From NCBI GenBank assembly GCA_039586795.1, contig JBDHJS010000058.1, positions 1-18,523 on the forward strand: a DNA stretch of 18,523 bases, written 5' to 3'. Positions 1 through 9,700 of the stretch are shown one piece after another. Positions within the stretch are counted from its first letter, which is position 1. Each line of letters starts with the position of its first letter. The DNA comes from Gemmatimonadota bacterium. Lineage in GTDB: Bacteria > Gemmatimonadota > Gemmatimonadetes > Palauibacterales > KS3-K002. Under the pieces are notes generated by a model, which was not told where the DNA came from, ran no database searches, and was given only the letters and a program-made list of their open reading frames with translations. A program made the position numbers and the translations under genes.

Positions 1-108
1 GCTGCGATTCGTGCCGGGTTCGGACGTCGGGACTGGATCGAGCACGACCCCGACCTCGATGCTTTGCGCGAGGATACTCGTTTCAAGAAGCTTCTCTCGA
101 AGTTGTGA
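1..108 (+). CDS. 3' end of a gene entering from the left; C-terminus typical of TPR-containing proteins (often Ser/Thr kinase- or adenylate cyclase-fused)
   Basis: Frame 1 reads AAIRAGFGRRDWIEHDPDLDALREDTRFKKLLSKL-TGA(106-108). The DPDLDxLRxDxRFxxLL tail is a recurrent terminal motif of TPR-containing proteins. It is not in the ORF track because its start lies outside the window. Confidence 0.65.
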   Translation, partial: AAIRAGFGRRDWIEHDPDLDALREDTRFKKLLSKL

Positions 109-164
109 TTGCTCGCGACCACCCTAGCGAAAGCGATTCAGCCACGCGGCACGCATGCGCTGTT

Positions 165-1928
165 TCACTCGAAGCCAACGCGCGGCAGCGCCCTGAACAA
201 GCCGAACGCGGCTATCACCGCTACGGACAGTCCAAGCAGGCCAGCCAACGCCTGGCCATAAAGCAGGAAGCCCGTTCCGAACAACGCCGCGTAGACGATC
301 AGAACGCCCAGGAACCAACAGAGCATCGCAGCGCTAAAGCTACCGCCCGCTCCCGGCTTAGTCTCGACCGCTGAGCTCCATCCCCGATTGAAGGGCCGAA
401 TCCGGTTATAGAACGCTTGCAAAGTTTCCTGGTCAGTGGGCGGCGTCATGAACGTGACCGTCAACCACACGGCCGTAGTGATGGTGACGCCGAGAACGAG
501 CTTGAGCGATGGATGAAGCGCCGGGAATCCAAGCGCGACGTGGATCAGCTCGAAGTATACCGCCACGGCGAAAGAGATGATCATCCCCGACAGCTCGCTG
601 TAGGCGCTGATGCGCCACCAATACCAGCGCAGCAGAAAAATCAGTCCGGTACCGGCGCCGATCTGCAACAGAATCTGGAATGCCTGCAACGCATTCTCCA
701 ACCACAGCGAAACCATGCCTGCAAGGATGATCAGCAGTACGGTCGAGATTCGCGCAACTCTCACGTAGTGGTGTTCGTCCTTGTCGGAAGCGACGAACCG
801 GCGATAGAAGTCGTCCACGATATACGACGCGCCCCAGTTTAGGTGCGTGCTGATCGTCGACATGTAGGCGGCGGCAAGCGAAGCAACAACTAACCCCAAC
901 AAACCGTGGGGCAGAAAGACGAGCATCGCCGGATAACCGAGGTCGTTGCGGACGATGGACGGATCGAGGCCAGGGAACCGCGCCGTGATCGCATCGAGGT
1001 TCGGATAGATGATCAGCGAGGCGAGGGCAACGATGACCCAGGGCCAGGGCCGGAGCGCGTAGTGGGCGATGTTGAACCAGAGAGTCGCCTTCATCGCCTC
1101 GCTTTCATTGCGAGCCGCCAGCATTCTCTGGGCGACGTATCCGCCGCCACCGGGCTCCGCGCCCGGATACCAGGTGCTCCACCACTGTACGGCGATCGGT
1201 ATGATGAAGATCGGCACCGCGACTCGCCAGTCGGTGAAATCCGGCAACAGCGAGAGTTTCCCCTCCAGCGCAGGATGCGTCACAAGGCCGACCAGGCCGC
1301 CGACCTCGGGCTGTGCAAGCGCGTAGTACGCCGCCGCGACCGACCCGATCATCGCGATGGCGAAGAGAAGCAGGTCGGTGACCACCACGCCCCACAGCCC
1401 GGACATCGCCGAGTATATGACGGTCACGGTCCCGGCGATCAAAACGGTTGTGTACTTGTCGATGCCGAGCAGAATGCCGGCGATCTTGATCGCCGCCAGC
1501 GTCACCGTAGCCATGATAATCACGTTGAAGAAGACGCCAAGGTAGAGCGCCCGGAAGCCACGCAGGAACGCCGCAATCGAGCCGGAGTAGCGCAGCTCGT
1601 AGAAACCGATATCGGTGAATACCTTAGAGCGTCGCCACAGCTTCGCGTAGAAGAAGACCGTACACATACCGGTGATCAGAAACGCCCACCACGCCCAGTT
1701 CTGACTGACACCACCGCTGCGCACCATGTCGGTGACCAGGTTCGGCGTGTCGGTAGAGAACGTGGTCGCCACCATCGACGTACCCAACAGCCACCACGGC
1801 GCTTTGCGACCCGAGAGAAAGAACTCGTCGGTCCCTTTCCCGGCCCGCCGCGCGAAGATGACGCCGACGAGCAGAGCCACGACCCCATAAGAGGCGACAA
1901 CGAACCAGTCGATAGCGACAAGCTGCAT
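165..1928 (-). CDS. Sodium:solute symporter (SSS/SLC5 family), probable sugar or oligosaccharide importer
   Basis: 587 aa, highly hydrophobic with many predicted TM segments. SSS hallmarks include FFLSGRKAPWWLLGTSMVATTFSTDTP, SGLWGVVVTD, YVAQRMLAARNE and AAYMSTISTHLNWGASY. A GGGAG RBS-like motif lies upstream. Confidence 0.92.
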   Translation of the reverse strand: MQLVAIDWFVVASYGVVALLVGVIFARRAGKGTDEFFLSGRKAPWWLLGTSMVATTFSTDTPNLVTDMVRSGGVSQNWAWWAFLITGMCTVFFYAKLWRRSKVFTDIGFYELRYSGSIAAFLRGFRALYLGVFFNVIIMATVTLAAIKIAGILLGIDKYTTVLIAGTVTVIYSAMSGLWGVVVTDLLLFAIAMIGSVAAAYYALAQPEVGGLVGLVTHPALEGKLSLLPDFTDWRVAVPIFIIPIAVQWWSTWYPGAEPGGGGYVAQRMLAARNESEAMKATLWFNIAHYALRPWPWVIVALASLIIYPNLDAITARFPGLDPSIVRNDLGYPAMLVFLPHGLLGLVVASLAAAYMSTISTHLNWGASYIVDDFYRRFVASDKDEHHYVRVARISTVLLIILAGMVSLWLENALQAFQILLQIGAGTGLIFLLRWYWWRISAYSELSGMIISFAVAVYFELIHVALGFPALHPSLKLVLGVTITTAVWLTVTFMTPPTDQETLQAFYNRIRPFNRGWSSAVETKPGAGGSFSAAMLCWFLGVLIVYAALFGTGFLLYGQALAGLLGLSVAVIAAFGLFRALPRVGFE

Positions 1929-2000
1929 GTAGTGAGCTCCCGGTTGTGGTGAGGCGTGTTGTTATAGCCTGAGATCTCCTCCGGCGCCAGCGGCGTGCCA

Positions 2001-2126
2001 GTGGGGGGGATTAGGGGGTAGGGGGTGGGGGGAAGACAGGCTGCCTTGAATGCCACCCCCGACCCCCGACCCCCTACCCCCTACTCCCTACCCTCGACTC
2101 CCGGCCCCTACCCTCAACCCTCGACC
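2001..2126. repeat. Heptamer simple-repeat inverted repeat (G-rich arm and C-rich arm)
   Basis: Left arm 2001-2032 contains TAGGGGG-TAGGGGG-TGGGGGG. Right arm 2055-2126 has about 10 units: ACCCCCG ACCCCCG ACCCCCT ACCCCCT ACTCCCT ACCCTCG ACTCCCG GCCCCT ACCCTCA ACCCTCG. The arms are reverse-complementary and separated by ~22 nt. Confidence 0.85.
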
Positions 2127-2164
2127 GAACGTTATTCTCAAACACCAGTCTGATAGGAGGACGC

Positions 2165-5100
2165 ATGATTTCCCGGCGCGACATGTTAAAGACCAGCGGG
2201 GCCGCGGTTGCCGGGCTGGCGGCGGTCCCGGGAGCCTGGCGGGAGCTAACAGCCCAGCAGCAGGAAGATCTGACGGCCTACGTCGATCCGTTCATCGGCA
2301 CCGGCGCCCATGGCCACACTTATCCCGGCGTCCAGATGCCGTTCGGAGCGGTGCAGTTGAGTCCGGACAACGGAATCAACGGCTGGGATTGGAGCTCGGG
2401 CTATCACTGGTCCAGCGATCGGATAGCCGGATTCAGCCATACGCACCTGAGCGGTACCGGCATCGGGGACATGTATGACGTCCTTGTCATGCCGGCGTTC
2501 ACCACGTCACCGCCACTCGATGATGTTTCCTCGACGTTCTCGCACGACGATGAGCGCGCGAGCCCCGGCTACTACTCAGTCCTGCTGAAGGATTCCGAGA
2601 TCACAGCGGAACTAACCGCGACCGAACGCGCGGGTTTTCATCGCTACCGGTTCCCGCCGCCGATCGGCGGCCGAGTGCCAACGGTAGTCGTCGATCTGGG
2701 ACATTCTCTGAACTGGGATCGACCGACCGACTGTTTCATAAGAATCGAGGGTCCAACACAGATTACCGGACGCCGGCTGTCCACAGGCTGGGCTGCAAAC
2801 CAGCATATCTATTTCGCCCTGAACTTCTCTCGTCCCTTTGTGGCCCACTGGTTGGAGAGCGATTGGTCGCAGCCCGGCGCGCATCGCCAGCTTGGTGGGA
2901 CGCGCGTGAAGGGTGCGTTTCAATTCCAGTCAGGACCGGACACCGGAATCCTAGTGAGAGTCGGGATATCGTCCGTCAGCGTGGCGAATGCCCTGGCCAA
3001 CCTGAACGCTGAGATCCCGGACTGGAATTTCGAAGCGGCTCGATCAAAAGCTCGTACCGCCTGGCAGCGCGCACTTCGGCGAATCAGGTTGGATGGAGTC
3101 AGCGACGAGCAGAAGATCGTTCTGTATACCGCGCTCTATCGCTCTTTGCTGACGCCTCAGCTGTTTTGTGACATTGACGGCAGCTATCGCGGCGCCGACG
3201 GTGAGGCCCATCGTCGCATCGCGTTTTCCAACTACTCGGTGTACTCCCTCTGGGACACGTTTCGCGCCGAACATCCGTTGTTGACTCTGGTACAGCCCGA
3301 ACGGGTCGACGACCTCGTCCAGTCGATGATGACGTTCTACCGCGAACACGGGCTCCTGCCGGTCTGGTCACTGGCTGGCAACGAGACAAACACGATGATC
3401 GGTTACCACTCGGTGCCGGTGATCTTAGACGCCCTGTCAAAGAACCTTACGACGATCGACCCCGGCGAGGCGTTGGAGGCCATGAAGAAGAGCGCCCTGC
3501 AGGACGATCACGGACTGCGGTTCTACAAGACGCCGGAAATCGAACCCTTGCAGCAGGTGAGGGCCAAGGAGACACAATCCAACCTCCGCAGGATCGATTC
3601 GCTTTCGCAGAACGACTTCACATCCGCTCGATTAGGCTCGATCCTCAACGGCTACGAGCGCTCTATATCGGGTGCGACCATAGGCTATCACTCGCCCTAC
3701 CCTACGGTCAGAAACGCTCTGTTGCTCCGGGCGCGAGGAGACTTCGCACCCGTAGAATGGTGGACGGCGCCCGTGCCCGACTCACAGGCCGGCCAGAGGA
3801 GCTCTTTTGCCTGGATCGCCGCGATGGACGCCGGAGAGCCACGCCGCAATTTCGAACTGCAAATCAACGGTCAGAGGTGGTTCTCATTCCGAACCCCCAG
3901 GGAGAGCGACAAGAACTTCCGCGTCTCGGGTCCCAACAACTCGACTCTGACTTTCCGCGGTACGCACCGCGACCAACACGGCGACCTGTTCGGTTTCATG
4001 TTTCTCATGCTTCCCCAGGGCTTACCTCCGGGCGAGCAGTTACGCCTCAGCGTCAGCGCCGAGGACGCAGACTCGCAGCAATGGTACATGACATTCGAGC
4101 ACCCGGTCAGCTACCGAGTAACGGCCGAAAATGTCTACGGCTTTGTGGAGGAATTATCCAACCGTCGGCAAGTCGTGGTTGTTGACGTAGAGAACGCTGG
4201 GCCGCCAGGTCAGGGAAACGTCATCGTCGACAACGTGCCCACCCCGGCAGATTTCGAGTTCGGGAGCAACAGATTCGTGCTCACGGCACCCGAGGTAGAG
4301 CGGGATACGCCTATTCCGATTAGCGCTATGATCGCAGGTCGATCTGTCGGTGAGTTCGAGCTGATGCTCCGTCCCGTCGTTCCCTTCGACTATTTGCCAG
4401 CCGATTGGGAAAACGAGTCTGTTTCAAAGACCCTGGAGTATGCCTACGACGATTGGTGTATAGCGCAGCTGTCGTCGACGCTTCGCGACACCGACGGCGC
4501 CTTCCAGTTCCGACGCCGCGCCCGCTTCTACCGAAACCTGTTTGACTCTGACACCGGCTTCATGCGTGGGCGCCTCGCGGACGGCAGTTGGAGAACACCA
4601 TTCTCTCCGCGCTTCTCAGAGCACCGGAACGACGACTACACCGAAGGCAACGCCTGGCAGTACACATGGTACGTTCCACATGACGTGAAGGGCCTGATCA
4701 ATCTGATGGGCGGCAACGAGGCGTTCATTGCCAAGCTGGACGAGCTGTTCGAGCAATCCTCCGAGATCGAAGGAGCGAACGCCTCCCCGGACATAAGCGG
4801 CTTGATTGGCCAGTACGCCCACGGTAACGAACCGAGCCAGCATATCGCCTATCTCTATTGTTACGCGAGAGCGCCGTGGAAGACGCAGGAGCGCGTGCGG
4901 CAGATCACCGATACGCTCTACGATTCGAGTCCGGAGGGGCTGCCGGGCAACGAGGACTGCGGCCAGATGTCGGCCTGGTATATCCTCAGCACCATTGGCT
5001 TCTATCCTGTGAATCCGGCCGACGGTAACTACGTTATCGGCACACCTCACTACGAGCGCGTCTCCATCGCGGTCGGCGAAGGAAAGACGTTTACCGTTGA

Positions 5101-5290
5101 AGCGCCTGGCGCCTCCAGCACCAACAAATACATACAATCGGCGACACTCAACGGACGTGCCTTCCAACGCTGCTACATCACCCATGCAGAGGTAGCGGCT
5201 GGGGGAACGCTGCGCTTCGTAATGGGACCGGAACCGAACCGGAGCTGGGCCACCGATGAGTTAGCCACACCGCCCTCCATGACTCCGTGA
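2165..5290 (+). CDS. Tat-exported GH92 alpha-mannosidase with ~285-aa internal insertion
   Basis: AGGAGG RBS at 2155-2160 and twin-arginine leader SRRDML. GH92 motifs: YVDPFIGTG..GHTYPG..PFG.VQLSPD, FSHTHLSGTG, SLWDTFRA.HPL, MIGYHS, ESVSKTLEYAYDDW, YTEGNAWQY, GQYAHGNEPS, GNEDCGQMSAWY. Confidence 0.95.
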   Translation: MISRRDMLKTSGAAVAGLAAVPGAWRELTAQQQEDLTAYVDPFIGTGAHGHTYPGVQMPFGAVQLSPDNGINGWDWSSGYHWSSDRIAGFSHTHLSGTGIGDMYDVLVMPAFTTSPPLDDVSSTFSHDDERASPGYYSVLLKDSEITAELTATERAGFHRYRFPPPIGGRVPTVVVDLGHSLNWDRPTDCFIRIEGPTQITGRRLSTGWAANQHIYFALNFSRPFVAHWLESDWSQPGAHRQLGGTRVKGAFQFQSGPDTGILVRVGISSVSVANALANLNAEIPDWNFEAARSKARTAWQRALRRIRLDGVSDEQKIVLYTALYRSLLTPQLFCDIDGSYRGADGEAHRRIAFSNYSVYSLWDTFRAEHPLLTLVQPERVDDLVQSMMTFYREHGLLPVWSLAGNETNTMIGYHSVPVILDALSKNLTTIDPGEALEAMKKSALQDDHGLRFYKTPEIEPLQQVRAKETQSNLRRIDSLSQNDFTSARLGSILNGYERSISGATIGYHSPYPTVRNALLLRARGDFAPVEWWTAPVPDSQAGQRSSFAWIAAMDAGEPRRNFELQINGQRWFSFRTPRESDKNFRVSGPNNSTLTFRGTHRDQHGDLFGFMFLMLPQGLPPGEQLRLSVSAEDADSQQWYMTFEHPVSYRVTAENVYGFVEELSNRRQVVVVDVENAGPPGQGNVIVDNVPTPADFEFGSNRFVLTAPEVERDTPIPISAMIAGRSVGEFELMLRPVVPFDYLPADWENESVSKTLEYAYDDWCIAQLSSTLRDTDGAFQFRRRARFYRNLFDSDTGFMRGRLADGSWRTPFSPRFSEHRNDDYTEGNAWQYTWYVPHDVKGLINLMGGNEAFIAKLDELFEQSSEIEGANASPDISGLIGQYAHGNEPSQHIAYLYCYARAPWKTQERVRQITDTLYDSSPEGLPGNEDCGQMSAWYILSTIGFYPVNPADGNYVIGTPHYERVSIAVGEGKTFTVEAPGASSTNKYIQSATLNGRAFQRCYITHAEVAAGGTLRFVMGPEPNRSWATDELATPPSMTP

Positions 5291-5324
5291 CCACGCTACA
5301 TAAGGGAAGGAGCAACCGTCACAC

Positions 5325-6758
5325 ATGATCTCACGCAGAGACATGCTACGGACGACCGGGCTGGCCGTCGCCGGTCTTGCAGCGGGAGCCGACCGACTCG
5401 TCGCCAGCGGCTACGCGCAGGACTTCATATCGCAACGACCCCCGGTGGATGACCGCAACTTCATCAGCGAGGCGGTCGAATCGACTATCGCCCGGGTGAA
5501 GACCGATATCGCCGACCCCGAGCTGGCCTGGATGTTCGAGAACTGCTACCCGAACACTCTCGACACCACCGTCCGCTTCTCGATGATAGACGGAAGACCG
5601 GATGGCTTCGTCATTACCGGAGACATACCGGCGATGTGGCTTCGCGATTCCACCGCCCAGGTGTGGCCTTACTTGCCCCTCGCCAACGAGGACGCGCACC
5701 TGGGACGGCTTCTGGCAGGTGTGATCAACCGACAGACGCGCTGCATACTCATCGATCCGTACGCCAACGCCTTCAACGACGGGCCAGCTGGGACGGGCTG
5801 GGAGAGCGACCTCACGGAGATGAAGCCAGAGCTCCATGAGAGGAAGTACGAGATTGACTCGCTCTGCTATCCCGTGCGCCTGGCACATGGTTATTGGAAG
5901 ACGACCGGCGACGCGTCTGTACTCGACGACACGTGGCAAGCAGCAGCGCGACTCATCGTGCAGACGTTTCGTGAGCAGCAGCGCAAGCACGGACCTGGAC
6001 CCTACAAGTTCCAGCGCGTGACCGCCGTTCTCTACGACACAGTCGCGTTGAGCGGCTACGGCAACCCGACCCGGAAAGTGGGATTGATCCACTCCATGTT
6101 CCGGCCTTCGGATGATTCATGCGTCTATCCGTTCCTCGTCCCGTCCAACCTCTTCGCCGTGGTGGCGCTCCAGCAACTGGCTGAGATCTTCGCGACCGAA
6201 ATCGACGACGCGATGTTCGCTGGCGAATGCATCGAGCTGGCAGAGGAAGTGGCCGCCGCCATTGCCGGCCATGCGGTCGTTGAGCACCCGACGCACGGCG
6301 CGGTCTACGCTTATGAGGTGGACGGGTTCGGTAACGCGCTCTTCATGGACGACGCCAACGTCCCAAGCTTGCTTTCACTACCCTACCTGGGAGCCGCGGC
6401 GATCGATGACCCGCTATATCAATCAACCCGTCGACTGATCCTAAGCGAAGACAACCCTTACTTCTTCCGCGGCACGGCCGGCGAGGGAATCGGCGGGCCG
6501 CACGTGGGACTGGATATGATCTGGCCGCTGGGAATCACGATGCGCGCCCTGACCAGCACCGACGACGCGGAAATCCTCTATTGCCTGGGGATGCTGAAGA
6601 CGACCCATGCCGGAACGGGATTCATGCACGAGTCTTTCAACAAGGATGACCCGAGCCGCTTCACCCGCTCTTGGTTCGCCTGGGCGAACACGCTGTTCGG
6701 TGAGCTGATCGTCACCCTGCATCGCGAGCGACCGCAACTCCTTCGATCACAGCTCTAG
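5325..6758 (+). CDS. Tat-exported GH125 exo-alpha-1,6-mannosidase
   Basis: SRRDML Tat leader. GH125 motifs: [82 protein letters not shown]. Confidence 0.95.
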   Translation: MISRRDMLRTTGLAVAGLAAGADRLVASGYAQDFISQRPPVDDRNFISEAVESTIARVKTDIADPELAWMFENCYPNTLDTTVRFSMIDGRPDGFVITGDIPAMWLRDSTAQVWPYLPLANEDAHLGRLLAGVINRQTRCILIDPYANAFNDGPAGTGWESDLTEMKPELHERKYEIDSLCYPVRLAHGYWKTTGDASVLDDTWQAAARLIVQTFREQQRKHGPGPYKFQRVTAVLYDTVALSGYGNPTRKVGLIHSMFRPSDDSCVYPFLVPSNLFAVVALQQLAEIFATEIDDAMFAGECIELAEEVAAAIAGHAVVEHPTHGAVYAYEVDGFGNALFMDDANVPSLLSLPYLGAAAIDDPLYQSTRRLILSEDNPYFFRGTAGEGIGGPHVGLDMIWPLGITMRALTSTDDAEILYCLGMLKTTHAGTGFMHESFNKDDPSRFTRSWFAWANTLFGELIVTLHRERPQLLRSQL

Positions 6759-6766
6759 GAGGGGTC

Positions 6767-9700
6767 ATGTCGGTCGTAGATCGCAGGAGCTTCATCGGCT
6801 CGCTCGGCGCGGCCGCCGCGCTCGGTGCGCTACCCCAGCCGCTGGCGGCGGTCTTTCGTCCTCGGCCCATTCAAGCACCGAGGGTCCATCGCGTCGCCCT
6901 CCTTGCCCTCGACGACTTTCCCACCGTCGACGCGGAGGAGTTGGATACCGAAACACTGCTCGCAGCGCTCGAAGGACTGGACGTGACCCGCATCGACGTT
7001 GCGGGACTGTCGCGCCTGACGCCGGAAACGTTTGATGTCTTTCTCAACCCCTACGGCTCTGCCTTCCCAAAAGATGGATGGCGGCAAATCCACGATTTCC
7101 TGGCGGCCGGCGGCAGCTGGGTGAACCTCGGAGGCACCCCGTTCGCTATCCCCGTCAGCCGTGATGGCTTAGCCTGGCGGCCGGAGATCAGGCAGACGGC
7201 CTATCACAAGGCGCTTGGCATCACCCAGTCTTTTGCCGTCGACACGGACAGTCCAGAGCGATACGAAGCCAACTCGACCGTCCGCAATCTCGGCGCGGAG
7301 CTGCGCACTGAGACGGTATGGGAGCTCTATTACCGGCTCACACGAGAAAAGGAATATCCGGACGAGGACGGCTCGGACGGGCCAAGGGAAGCAGTGGTCA
7401 CTCCCCTGATATCTGCATACCAGGGCGATGAACACGCGATCGCGGCTCCGGTCGTGCAGGTCGACAGGCTCCAGGGCCCTTTCGCCGGCGGCCGGTGGGT
7501 GCTGGCCAACCTACGTGGGACGCTGCCACCCGCGACGATACACGCGCTCGTCGCGCACGCAGCGCTCGGTGCTCACCAGCTTACCGTCGCGCCGACCTAT
7601 GCCTGCTGCCACGACGGCGAGACGCCCGCCGTGACGGTCACTCTGAAGACGCCGGGCTCGGACCGCGATCCCCCAGTCACGTGCCATCTCGAGGCATTCG
7701 ATAGTACAAACCAGCTCATCGCAACAGCCGCCATACCGATGCAGCGAAGCGGCGCCGTAGCGACAGCCACTTACGACCTGCAAACGCGATCCGGAAACCC
7801 GTTGAACGCCGGACTGTACCGCGTGGAAGTACGGCTCGAGTCTGACGAGCCGGGCGAAAGTGGTACGCATGCAACTACCGGGTTCTGGATCCATGACGCC
7901 GCACTGCTGGCGAGCGGCGGCCGCTTCACCGCAAGTCGTCATACCCTACTCCGTGACGGTCAGCCTTTCGTTGTGACCGGCACGTCGTATATGGCAACCG
8001 ATGTCCATCGCAGATTCCTGCTCGAGCCGAACCCGCACGTGTTCGATCAGGACTTCGCGGCGATGAAGCGCGCCGGGGTCAACATGATCCGCACGGGCAT
8101 CTGGACCGGCTGGCGGAACTACATGACGCCCGACGGCACGCCCAACGAAGTAGCGCTTCGCGCCCTGGATGCCTTCTTGCTCAGTTCGCGCAAGCACGAC
8201 ATTCCCGTCATCTTCACCTTCTTCGCCTTTCTGCCGGAGATGTGGGGCGGCGAGAATCCGTATCTCGACCCCCATTCAGTTGAGGCGCAGAAGACTTTCC
8301 TTTCCATCATCGCCCGGCGATACCAGGGAATGACCGGTGTAATCTGGGATCTAATCAACGAACCGTCCTTCTGTTCGCCTGAGCGTCTCTGGACGACTCG
8401 ACCCAACTACGACCGCTACGAGCTCGAGGCCTGGCACGATTGGCTCAGACGGCGTTTCGGAGCGGAGGACGACGAGGAGCTCAAATCAACGCTGGCTGAG
8501 AAGTGGCGGACACTGCCTGAGGACGCGATGTCGCTACCGCGACCGCAGGAGTTCGGCGACCGCAACATCTTTGAAAACTTGCGACCGCTAAAGGCGATGG
8601 ATTACCGCTTGTTCGCCAATGACATGTTCGGTCGCTGGGCAGACCAGATGGTCGCAACTTTGCACGAAGCTGGTGACCCCGACCAGTTAGTCACGGTGGG
8701 TCAAGATGAGGGCGGGACCTATGAACGACCTTCACCCATGTTCCATGGACCGTCGGTCGACTTCACATCGAATCACACGTGGTGGCTAAACGATGACCTG
8801 CTCTGGGACCACGTCGTCACCAAGACGCCGGGCCGTCCGAACCTGATCTCCGAAACGGGCGTCATGTTCTACGAGGCTATCGACGGCAGCGCCTGGCGAA
8901 CCGAGGAGATGGCGCGCAACCTCCTCGAGCGGAAGTTGGTGCTCGCCACGGTGGCCGGCGGCGCGGGCTTCATCGAGTGGATCTGGAACACCAACCCCTA
9001 TATGCCGTTGGACAACGAGGCCGCCATCGGACTATTGCGAACCGACGGCACCAAGAAACCGGAATTTGATTCGTTGAAGGGGCTGGCAGCCTTCGTCGCC
9101 GAGCACATGCACGATCTGGGAGCGCGACAGGTCGAGCCCGCCCTAATGATGATTCCCCACTCTTACATGTTCTCCGTGCGTAACAGAGCAACGGAGGCCA
9201 CGCAGCGCTGCGTCCGGGCGATGAGCTACGATTGTGGAATCGCGATGAACGGGTGCAGCGAGTACGCTCTAGATCGACTGGATTACCTACCGCACCTCAT
9301 CGTCGCTCCATCGCCCCGCGTGCTCACGCAGGTGGGGGCCGGGCGGCTGTTCGAGTTGGCCGAAGCAGGCGCAACCGTGCTGATCACCGGCCCAATCGAC
9401 TCCGACGAGCATTGGCTTCCCAGCCCACGCATGCATGGCTTCGGAATCAGTGTTTCGCAGCGTCCGGTCAGTCAGCAGGAGTATCTCGACATCGATGGCA
9501 CGTTGTTCGATCTGAGTTTCAGGGGCGACAAGCTGCAGCGCGTCGAGAAGGCGGTCGTAGCCGGCGAGTCGACAGCGAAGGTGCACACGATCCCTGTTGG
9601 GAACGGTTCGATCCTCTGGTCGCCGCTTCCTGTAGAGCTCGCCCATCAGGTCGAGCCGACGACCGCCCTCTACCGCTTCGCGCTCGCTCACGCCGGAATC

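Noticed and set aside
906..1952. Long antisense or alternate-frame ORFs (e.g. 906-1952 +, 5346-6092 -, 13451-14101 +, 15078-15674 +)
   Set aside because: These are shadow ORFs typical of high-GC coding DNA. They overlap confidently assigned genes and show no recognisable motifs.
2050..2478. Pro-rich ORF MPPPTPDPLPPTPYP and opposite-strand ORF 1676-2056
   Set aside because: Both are translations of the heptamer repeat and overlap well-supported genes out of frame.
3530..4384. Intein or intron as the explanation of the GH92 insertion
   Set aside because: No C-terminal His-Asn followed by Cys/Ser/Thr, no recognisable Hint block or LAGLIDADG motifs, and the frame is open throughout.
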